Positions 18,151 through 25,223 of a stretch of DNA of 25,223 nt are shown here, piece after piece. The position numbers and the translations under genes were made by a program. The stretch is taken from positions 1 to 25,223 of the forward strand of contig DASTRT010000089.1 in the NCBI GenBank assembly GCA_035761085.1, given 5' to 3'. The notes below the pieces were generated by a model. It searched no databases. It was not told the DNA's origin and was given only the letters and a program-made list of their open reading frames with translations. How positions within the stretch are numbered: position 1 is the first letter of the stretch; the number at the start of each line of letters is the position of its first letter. Origin of the DNA: Methylophilaceae bacterium (GTDB lineage: Bacteria > Pseudomonadota > Gammaproteobacteria > Burkholderiales > Methylophilaceae).

Positions 18151-18505
18151 GTTCCAGCATTTCCGTTGTACGACGGGCCTGTTCGCGCCGGATCAGCATC
18201 AGGTTGCGGGTGTAGACGATAGTGCCGGGGAGCTGCCCCAGGATGATGACCGGCTCGGCATTACGAATGCCGTAGGCCAGCACGGTGAGCCCGCCGATCA
18301 GCGACAGATACCAGAAGCTCACAGGAATGACGCTTTTCTGGTGGCGCTCGCTGTGTATCCATTGCACGATGAAGCGCATCATGAACATGGTCTGACCCAG
18401 CAGGCCAATCACCAGCCAGACGATATCCACCGAACCCAGGCCGGCGAGGTAATCCTGCCAGCGATGCGCGAGATGGTTCAGGTAAAAGATGAAACTGTGG
18501 TGCAT
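18140..18505 (-). CDS. Lipid-A-disaccharide synthase N-terminal domain (LAB_N) small membrane protein
   Basis: IGLLGQTMFMMRFIVQWIHSER...SVIPVSFWYLSLIGG...EPVIILGQ...YTRNL is the LAB_N pattern, with three TM segments. Confidence 0.88.
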   Translation of the reverse strand: MHHSFIFYLNHLAHRWQDYLAGLGSVDIVWLVIGLLGQTMFMMRFIVQWIHSERHQKSVIPVSFWYLSLIGGLTVLAYGIRNAEPVIILGQLPGTIVYTRNLMLIRREQARRTTEMLEHGS

Positions 18506-19234
18506 TTAGTCTTCCCTGACTTGTGGTTGTTTTGCGCGCCGCAGCAGCCAGGCGACGCCGAACAGGTCGACGATGCCGACCAGCAGGCGATCGATGGTGC
18601 CGTAATTGGACTTGCCACGTTCACGCGGGCGGTGGTTGACGGGTATTGAGCGGATCTTGCCGCCGCTGCGTAATACCAGCGCCGGCAGGAAGCGATGCAT
18701 GTGGTCGAAATATGGCAGATCAAGGAAAACATCGCGCCGTATCAGCTTGAGGCCGCAGCCGGTGTCAGGCGTGCTGTCCTTCAGCAGGCGGGAGCGCACG
18801 CCATTGGCGATGACGGAGGAAACGCGCTTGATCCAGCTGTCGCGCCGCGCATGGCGCCGGTTACCACCGACCATGACGACGCCCTCTTCCAGCCCGGCGA
18901 TCAGTTTGGGGATATCGGCCGGATCGTTCTGGCCGTCGCCATCCAGCGTGGCGATCCAGTCACCGCGCGCTGCCTTGACGCCGCTACGCACCGCGGTACT
19001 CTGGCCACAGCTTCTGGCGTGGTGCAGCACGCGCAACTGCGGATAGCGTGCTTTTGCCTCGAGCAGGACTTGAGCCGTGGCATCCGTACTGCCGTCGTCG
19101 ACATAGACGATCTCGTGCTGAACCACGCCTGACAATGCGGCATGAATTTCTGAAATAAGGGGTTCGATGTTGCCTTCTTCATTCCTGACAGGAACGACGA
19201 CGGAAAGCAGTGTAATGGTGGGGTTCACCGTCAT
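18506..19234 (-). CDS. GT2 polyprenol-phosphate glycosyltransferase (ArnC/RgtE/DPM1-like)
   Basis: SVVVPVRNEEGNI, YVDDGSTD, ATLDGDGQNDP, DTGCGLK and FDHMHRFLP. Its stop codon directly abuts the LAB_N ATG. Confidence 0.92.
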   Translation of the reverse strand: MTVNPTITLLSVVVPVRNEEGNIEPLISEIHAALSGVVQHEIVYVDDGSTDATAQVLLEAKARYPQLRVLHHARSCGQSTAVRSGVKAARGDWIATLDGDGQNDPADIPKLIAGLEEGVVMVGGNRRHARRDSWIKRVSSVIANGVRSRLLKDSTPDTGCGLKLIRRDVFLDLPYFDHMHRFLPALVLRSGGKIRSIPVNHRPRERGKSNYGTIDRLLVGIVDLFGVAWLLRRAKQPQVRED

Positions 19235-19310
19235 GAATGGTCAGCCTTTGTTCTGGAGCGCAATCTTCGAGCCCTGGTATTGGTGGCGGGAGCAATATTC
19301 AGGCCTATGC

Positions 19311-19326
19311 AGCACGAAACATGCCA
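19311..19326 (-). promoter_or_regulatory. Possible sigma54 -24/-12 promoter
   Basis: The minus strand reads TGGCATG-TTTC-GTGCT against consensus TGGCACG-N4-TTGCW, with GG and GC correctly spaced and two mismatches. Confidence 0.3.
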
Positions 19327-19410
19327 TGCTTGGTACGCGTTAGTACACCTGACCGAAGGACTGGCTTCTTTGATAAAGATCAAACAGTTGCGTAAAAGCA
19401 GGTGGGCAAG

Positions 19411-19444
19411 AGTCTAAAAGGCTTGCATTACAATTTGCTTACAT
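19411..19444 (-). promoter_or_regulatory. Pho-box-like direct repeat plus -10 hexamer upstream of the glycosylation operon
   Basis: The minus strand reads ATGTAAG-CAAA-TTGTAAT (19444-19427, 11-bp period), then a 10-nt spacer, then TAGACT (19416-19411). This is the geometry of PhoB-activated promoters such as phoA. Confidence 0.6.
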
Positions 19445-19521
19445 AGTGCAAATTTTGCATGCAACAGCATGCATAACCCGCAAAAGTTGCAAGTTACGCA
19501 GCAAAGGAGCAGGAAGCGGGA

Positions 19522-21663
19522 TTACCTGGCGCGGCGGAAGGGCTTCCTGGCTGAAGCTTCCGGATTTCTCGAGCGCGCAGGCGGCAGGGGTTTTGCAGTG
19601 GCGGGCTTGACAGCAATCGGTTGCCACGCCGGCACCAGATGCTTCTTGCCGTTGCCGATGAGGTCTTCGCGGCCCATGCGTTTTAGCGCTTCGCGCAGCA
19701 TTGGCCAGTTGTTGGGATCGTGATAGCGGATGAAGGCCTTGTGCAATCGGCGTACCCCGCCAGCCTTGGGAATGGGCACAGCTTCACTTTCGGTAGTGAC
19801 CTTGCGCAACGGATTCTTGCCCGAGTGATACATAGCCGTTGCCATTGCCATCGGCGTCGGCGTGAAGGTCTGCACCTGGTCCAGCTTGAAGTCGTATTTC
19901 TTGAGCCACAGCGCCAGGTTCAGCATGTCCTCGTCGGTCGTGCCCGGATGGGCGGCAATGAAATACGGGATCAGGTACTGTTCCTTGCCGGCTTCTTTCG
20001 AGAAGCGCTCGAACATTTCCTTGAACTTGTCGTAAGCGCCCATGCCCGGCTTCATCATCTTGGAGAGCACGTTTTCTTCCGAATGCTCCGGCGCAATCTT
20101 GAGATAGCCGCCAACGTGGTTCTGCACCAGCTCCTTGACGTATTCGGGCGACGTCACGGCGAGATCGTAGCGCAGACCGGAACCGACCAGTATCTTCTTC
20201 ACGCCGGGAATCGCCCGCGCTTTTCGATACAGCTGGATCAGGTCGGAATGATCGGTATTCAGGTTGTCGCAGATGCCGGGATAGACGCAGGAGAGCTTGC
20301 GGCAATTCTTCTCGATCTCCTTGCTCTTGCAGGCCATGCGGTACATGTTGGCCGTCGGTCCGCCCAGGTCGGAGACGATGCCGGTGAAACCTTCCACCTT
20401 GTCGCGGATTTCCTCGATCTCATGCAGGATGGATGCTTCCGAACGACTCTGTATGATGCGGCCTTCGTGCTCGGTGATGGAGCAGAAGGTACAGCCGCCG
20501 AAGCAGCCGCGCATGATGTTGACCGAGAAGCGGATCATCTCCCATGCCGGGATGCGCGCGCCCTTGTAGGCCGGGTGTGGCTTACGCGCGTACGGCAGGT
20601 CGTAGACGTAATCCATCTCCTTGGTGGTCAGCGGGATTGGCGGCGGATTGAGCCACACCTCGCGGTCGCCATGTCGTTGCGCCAGTGCTCGTGCATTGCC
20701 GGGGTTGGACTCCAGATGCAGCACACGCGAGGCGTGCGCGTACATCACCGGATTATTCGCCACTTCTTCATAGGCTGGCAGGCGTACCACTTGTAGCTCG
20801 CGCGGCACCTTTTCCTTGCGCACAATCTGGATCTGGTTCACGCCCGCAGGCAATACATCCGTGTTGCCCAGTTTGCTGTCACTTTCACAGCTGGACCCTG
20901 CACCCATTTTCATCTCATATGGGTCGGCATGCGCCTCCACTTTCCCGGGACGATCCAGCTTGGTTGAATCCACTTCCATCCAGCCTTCGGGAATCTGCTT
21001 GCGCAAAAAGGCCGTGCCGCGGATATCGGTAATGTCGCTGACCTTTTCACCCCTGGCGATGCGGTGACTGAGTTCCACCAGCGCCCGCTCGGCATTGCCG
21101 TAGATCAGGATATCGGCCTTGGAATCTACCAGCACCGAGCGGCGTACCTTGTCCGACCAGTAATCGTAGTGCGCAATGCGGCGCAGGCTGGCTTCGATGC
21201 TGCCGATGACCAGCGGCACGTCGGGATAGGCTTCGCGGCAGCGCTGGGAATAGACCAGCACGGCGCGATCCGGACGTTTTCCTGCTTCCGCGTTTGGCGT
21301 GTAGGCGTCGTCCGAGCGGATCTTGCGGTCGGCGGTATAGCGGTTGACCAGCGAATCCATATTGCCGGCGGTCACGCCGAAATACAGATTGGGCTTGCCC
21401 AGCGCCTTGAACGGGTCGGCGGATTGCCAATCCGGCTGGCTCAGGATGCCGACGCGGAAGCCTTGCGCTTCCAGCAGACGGCCCACCAGCGCCATGCCGA
21501 AGCTGGGATGGTCGATATAGGCGTCGCCCGTCACCAGGATGATGTCGCACGAATCCCAGCCGAGCGCATCCATCTCGGCGCGGCTCATCGGCAGGATGGG
21601 CGCAGTGCCGAAACGCTTGGCCCAATAGGGGCGATAACTGTATAGCGGGCGCGAAATTTCCAT
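19522..21663 (-). CDS. ygiQ: YgiQ family (UPF0313) radical SAM protein
   Basis: PMSRAEM...[19 protein letters not shown]-terminus and the CxxxCxxC motif [10 protein letters not shown]. The ORF-track ATG at 21675 overlaps a TAGAAT -10-like hexamer, so 21663 is preferred. Confidence 0.93.
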   Translation of the reverse strand: MEISRPLYSYRPYWAKRFGTAPILPMSRAEMDALGWDSCDIILVTGDAYIDHPSFGMALVGRLLEAQGFRVGILSQPDWQSADPFKALGKPNLYFGVTAGNMDSLVNRYTADRKIRSDDAYTPNAEAGKRPDRAVLVYSQRCREAYPDVPLVIGSIEASLRRIAHYDYWSDKVRRSVLVDSKADILIYGNAERALVELSHRIARGEKVSDITDIRGTAFLRKQIPEGWMEVDSTKLDRPGKVEAHADPYEMKMGAGSSCESDSKLGNTDVLPAGVNQIQIVRKEKVPRELQVVRLPAYEEVANNPVMYAHASRVLHLESNPGNARALAQRHGDREVWLNPPPIPLTTKEMDYVYDLPYARKPHPAYKGARIPAWEMIRFSVNIMRGCFGGCTFCSITEHEGRIIQSRSEASILHEIEEIRDKVEGFTGIVSDLGGPTANMYRMACKSKEIEKNCRKLSCVYPGICDNLNTDHSDLIQLYRKARAIPGVKKILVGSGLRYDLAVTSPEYVKELVQNHVGGYLKIAPEHSEENVLSKMMKPGMGAYDKFKEMFERFSKEAGKEQYLIPYFIAAHPGTTDEDMLNLALWLKKYDFKLDQVQTFTPTPMAMATAMYHSGKNPLRKVTTESEAVPIPKAGGVRRLHKAFIRYHDPNNWPMLREALKRMGREDLIGNGKKHLVPAWQPIAVKPATAKPLPPARSRNPEASARKPFRRAR

Positions 21664-21797
21664 GAAGGCGCGCATTCTACTCTTAAATACCGGAATGACC
21701 GATTATGACGCCGTTGCCTTCCATCGGTTGCATTAGTCGGCAACAAAAATTTGTGACATGATGCCGGGCTTACCTAACCTACTGATGCAATGAAGAA

Positions 21798-23822
21798 ATG
21801 AAGCGAAACATTTCTATCATTCAGCGCTTCCTGTTGCCTGTGGCGGTCCTGATCATTATCAGCGCGGCGATCCTCGCCGAGCGTGAGACTGCCCAACAGA
21901 TGCGCAGCATCGAGAAACAGGCGCATCGGGAGACCCAGGCGCTGCTCCGACTGCTTGACGTTACCGAATCTCTGGTCAACGACCGCGTCTACTCTTCCAT
22001 CAGCATGCTGCGCATGCAGGGCAAGCTCATCGGACAACCGTCCATCCGTGGCAAGACCTTTGTCGGCGAGCGGGAAGTCCCCAATCTTGTGCTTGGCAAG
22101 ACGCCGCAAACCTATAACTTTCAGCTGGTAGACAGTATCAGCGAGCATTTCGGCGGCACCGCCACCCTCTTCGTCAAATCCGGCAACGATTTCGTCCGCG
22201 TCTCCACCAACCTGCGCAAGAGCGACGGCGAGCGCGCCGTTGGCACAGTGCTGGACCCGGAGGGCAAGGCGCTGGCCGCGCTGCGCCAGGGCGAAACCTT
22301 TTACGGCGTGGTGGATATTCTCGGCGAGCCCTACATCACCGGCTATGAGCCCATGCGCAACAACAAGGGAGAGATCATCGGCGCCTGGTACGTGGGCTAC
22401 AAGGCAGACCTGGAAGTGCTGCGTCAGGCGGTTCAGAAGACCCGTTACCTGAAGAACGGTTTCCTGGCGCTGCAGGATTACCGGGGACAGATCCGCTTCC
22501 TCTCTGACCATATCTCGATGAAGGACGCCGAGCATCTGCTGGCGCAGAAACCCAGGGGCTGGGTGATCAGCAGCGAAGAGATTCCGCAATGGGGCTACCG
22601 GGCCGTGATTGCCTACCCCAAGAGCGAGGCCAGGCTTAGCGGCCTCAGCAATTCACTCTACCTGATCCTCATCGGCACCCTGCTCGGCATCGCGCTGATC
22701 GCCATCATCATTACCCAATTGCGTCGGCTGATCCTGCGGCCGCTGGGCGGCGACCCTGCGGTGGCGGTTGAGCTGGTGCACCGCACTTCGATGGGCGATC
22801 TCTCCAATGATGAGAATGTGCAGGCCGATATCGGCACCCTGATGGCAGATATCCTCACTATGCGCCACAACCTGCGCGTGATGGTCAACACGCTGGAAAA
22901 GAATGCCGAGCGCCTGACCCTGTCGGCCAGCGTCTTCGAATATGCGCACGAAGGCATCTTCATCATGGACCCGCAACGCCGCATCGTAGACGTCAATCCC
23001 GCCTTTTCCGAATTGACGGGCTACTCCCGCGAGGATGCCTTCGAGCGCACGCCGCAGCAGCTGGGCTTCTTCTATCAGGAGCCGGACTTTTTCGACCGCC
23101 TGTGGAACGGCGAACAGCGGAACGACGAGTGGCGCGGCGAAGCCTGGAACAAACGCAAGGACGGCGACACCTACATAGCGCGGCTGGATCTTTTCGCCGT
23201 GCGCAGCATGTCGCAGGAAATCAGCCACTACGTCGGCATCTGCTCCGACATGACGCTGCTCAAGGAACAGCAGCAACGCCTGGAACGCATGGCCTACCAC
23301 GACCCACTGACGCAGCTGCCCAACCGCACCCTGTTCTTCGATTCGCTCAAGCAGGCGCTGGCGCGCACGCGGCGCAAGGACGAACTGCTGGCGGTCTGCT
23401 ATCTGGATCTCGACAACTTCAAGCCGGTCAACGATTCCATGGGGCACAAGGCGGGCGACCAGCTGCTGATCCAAATGGCAGAGCGCATTCGCAGCTCATT
23501 GCGGGCACATGACATCGTGGCACGGCTGGGCGGCGACGAGTTTGCCCTGCTGTTGAGCGGCCTGGAATCGCCCGCTGAAGTTGAGCACACGCTGGCCCGC
23601 CTATTGACCAGCATCAGCGCGCCTTATGAGCTGAACGGCAGGACCATTATGGTGGCCGCCAGCATCGGCTACACGATTTATCCCGAGGATGATGTGGAAC
23701 TCGACGAACTGCTGCAACACGCCGACAAGGCCATGTACCGCTCCAAGCTAAACGGCGGCAACAACTACCACCGTTACGATGCCATGGATGATAACCTGGT
23801 GCGCATGGTGAAAGACGCGTGA
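21798..23822 (+). CDS. Membrane diguanylate cyclase: Cache (Cache_3-Cache_2-like) sensor, HAMP-like linker, PAS, GGDEF
   Basis: Two TM helices flank ATLFVKSGNDFVRVSTNL...GTVLD...GEPYITGYEP...IIGAWYVG. These are followed by PAS, YHDPLTQLPNR and RAHD-x5-GGDEF (I-site intact). Confidence 0.93.
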   Translation: MKRNISIIQRFLLPVAVLIIISAAILAERETAQQMRSIEKQAHRETQALLRLLDVTESLVNDRVYSSISMLRMQGKLIGQPSIRGKTFVGEREVPNLVLGKTPQTYNFQLVDSISEHFGGTATLFVKSGNDFVRVSTNLRKSDGERAVGTVLDPEGKALAALRQGETFYGVVDILGEPYITGYEPMRNNKGEIIGAWYVGYKADLEVLRQAVQKTRYLKNGFLALQDYRGQIRFLSDHISMKDAEHLLAQKPRGWVISSEEIPQWGYRAVIAYPKSEARLSGLSNSLYLILIGTLLGIALIAIIITQLRRLILRPLGGDPAVAVELVHRTSMGDLSNDENVQADIGTLMADILTMRHNLRVMVNTLEKNAERLTLSASVFEYAHEGIFIMDPQRRIVDVNPAFSELTGYSREDAFERTPQQLGFFYQEPDFFDRLWNGEQRNDEWRGEAWNKRKDGDTYIARLDLFAVRSMSQEISHYVGICSDMTLLKEQQQRLERMAYHDPLTQLPNRTLFFDSLKQALARTRRKDELLAVCYLDLDNFKPVNDSMGHKAGDQLLIQMAERIRSSLRAHDIVARLGGDEFALLLSGLESPAEVEHTLARLLTSISAPYELNGRTIMVAASIGYTIYPEDDVELDELLQHADKAMYRSKLNGGNNYHRYDAMDDNLVRMVKDA

Positions 23823-23902
23823 ACCAGCTCTCCTCCCATACCGCACATACTTCCGCGCGAATTCCCGTCATACTGTTCATGCTTTCTTGATCAGGACAAG
23901 GT

Positions 23903-24334
23903 ATGCATCAGGATTACGTCTTTCTCTTGCCGGCGCCCAACGAAATCGAAGCGCTGCCGCACGCGCGCTATGTGGAGCTTGTGCAGGGCCGACTGGCGCT
24001 GCCGCAGTATGCTGGTCAGCAAATTCGCCTGGGTATCGTCTACGTCAGGATGAGAAACGGACAGCCCGCCCAGGCTGTCAACATGACCTTCAGCCTGCTC
24101 GATTTCGACGGAAGCGGCCATGCCCGGCCACATCCCGGTAAATTCAGCCTGGAGCAGAACCATGCCTTTTATGAAGCCGTCAGGAATTCGCCCTATGAGG
24201 ATGTCGACTACGACCCCGAGGTCCAAGCCCTGAGGCGCACCCTGCGCGACGAATTTGCCTGGACGCCTTCCGACAAGGAACAGCGCCTGATGCTCGACCA
24301 TATTTTTGGCGGCCCCCCACCTGCAGCCCAGTGA
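23903..24334 (+). CDS. Hypothetical protein (143 aa)
   Basis: AGGA RBS-like sequence before the ATG, host-like codon usage, and it fills the gap between two + strand genes. No motif recognised. Confidence 0.7.
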   Translation: MHQDYVFLLPAPNEIEALPHARYVELVQGRLALPQYAGQQIRLGIVYVRMRNGQPAQAVNMTFSLLDFDGSGHARPHPGKFSLEQNHAFYEAVRNSPYEDVDYDPEVQALRRTLRDEFAWTPSDKEQRLMLDHIFGGPPPAAQ

Positions 24335-24402
24335 ATTGTGGCAATATCGAAAACAGGGCAACGCATTCCCATAACCGCACTGGCATAACGATCAAGAACG
24401 CA

Positions 24403-25223
24403 ATGGATCACCCCGGGCAAGCACAAAGACTCAATCTTCTCAGACTCCGCCGCATCGGCATCGACACCTACCAGGAACCCGTCATCTACATGCGCAGCGA
24501 TTGCCACGTCTGCCGCGGCGAGGGGTTCGAGGCGCCATCGCGTGTCGAGGTCAGGCACAACGGCCGCAGTATCATTGCCACCCTTAACGTGCTCACCCAC
24601 GGGCTGCTCAGGGCCGACGAAGCCGGCCTTTCCGAAGTGGCCTGGCGCATGCTGGGCGCGAGGGAAGGCGAGCTGGTCATGCTGTCGCATCCACCGCTCA
24701 TCGATTCCCTGCACGAATTGCGCGCCAAGGTATATGGCCATACGCTGAGCGACGAGGCTATCCAGCACATCATCAATGATGTGGCAAAGGGCCGCTATTC
24801 CGACATTGAACTTGCCGCCTTCATCACCGCATGCGCCCAGGGCATGAACATGCAGGAAATCGTGGCGTTGACGCGTGCCATGGTCAACGCGGGCGAACGC
24901 ATTGACTGGGAACAGCCGCGTATCGTCGACAAGCACTGCATCGGCGGGCTGCCGGGCAACCGCACCACGCTGATCGTGGTACCCATCGTGGCAGCTTACG
25001 GGCTCATCATGCCCAAGACTTCCTCACGGGCAATCACCTCCCCCGCGGGCACGGCAGACGTCATGGAAACGCTGACGCGGGTCGAACTCGATGTGCCGGC
25101 CATGAAACGCGGGGTGGAGCGTGAAGGCGGCTGCATCATCTGGGGCGGCGCCATGCGGCTGAGCCCGGCCGACGATATCCTGATTCGCGTCGAGCGTCCG
25201 CTGGATATCGACAGCGAAGGGCA
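24403..25223 (+). CDS. Thymidine phosphorylase family protein, archaeal AMP-phosphorylase type; 3' truncated by window edge
   Basis: Not in the ORF track because it has no stop in the window. It translates as MDHPGQ...RIGIDTYQEPVIYMRSDCHVCRGEGF...VDKHCIGGLPGNRTT...MPKTSSRAITSPAGTAD...LSPADD, including the N-terminal extension typical of this subtype. Confidence 0.9.
   Translation, partial: MDHPGQAQRLNLLRLRRIGIDTYQEPVIYMRSDCHVCRGEGFEAPSRVEVRHNGRSIIATLNVLTHGLLRADEAGLSEVAWRMLGAREGELVMLSHPPLIDSLHELRAKVYGHTLSDEAIQHIINDVAKGRYSDIELAAFITACAQGMNMQEIVALTRAMVNAGERIDWEQPRIVDKHCIGGLPGNRTTLIVVPIVAAYGLIMPKTSSRAITSPAGTADVMETLTRVELDVPAMKRGVEREGGCIIWGGAMRLSPADDILIRVERPLDIDSEG

Noticed and set aside
12965-19234. 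Calling the operon the arn (Ara4N) polymyxin resistance locus
   Set aside because: No ArnA, ArnB, ArnD or ArnE/F. A UDP-GlcA epimerase, LAB_N and a phosphatase are present instead.
19720-20796. 358-aa + strand ORF
   Set aside because: Antisense shadow of ygiQ. The same applies to 21774-22589, 22653-23474, 24208-24936 and the other nested ORFs.
21695-21709. GTCAT direct repeat upstream of ygiQ as a Pho box
   Set aside because: The period is 10 bp, not 11.
1-25223. Prophage, IS, integron, tRNA or rRNA
   Set aside because: No integrase, transposase or phage gene, no terminal repeats with target duplication, and no RNA gene pattern recognised.

Overview
This window looks like an ordinary chromosomal segment from a GC-rich betaproteobacterium (the taxon is inferred from gene content only). 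It has about 25 genes and no rRNA, tRNA, CRISPR array or recognisable transposase/integrase. Left to right: a truncated DJ-1/PfpI gene, a small secreted protein, rhlE, a stand-alone GSU2403-type nucleotidyltransferase, yaiI, and a run of stress/detox genes (MAPEG, GFA, GlcG/HbpS, Blc, Csp3-like copper protein, PNPOx-like). Next come a PEP-CTERM protein, a PAS-GGDEF-EAL protein, a small Cys/His protein, a TraB/GumN protein, a six-gene minus-strand envelope glycosylation operon, ygiQ, a Cache-PAS-GGDEF cyclase, and a truncated AMP/thymidine phosphorylase-family gene. Two loci stand out. (1) The operon GT2 - LAB_N - ArnT - purple-acid-phosphatase-like enzyme - ArnT - UDP-GlcA epimerase lies behind a Pho-box-like direct repeat placed exactly 10 bp from a -10 hexamer. 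This suggests a phosphate-starvation system that swaps lipid A/LPS phosphate for uronic acid. (2) The nucleotidyltransferase is preceded by two near-identical 33-bp palindromes exactly 40 bp apart. They cover its candidate promoter and end just before the ATG, an architecture like an autoregulated toxin-antitoxin operator but with no antitoxin gene. Both functional readings are inference; no database searches were run.
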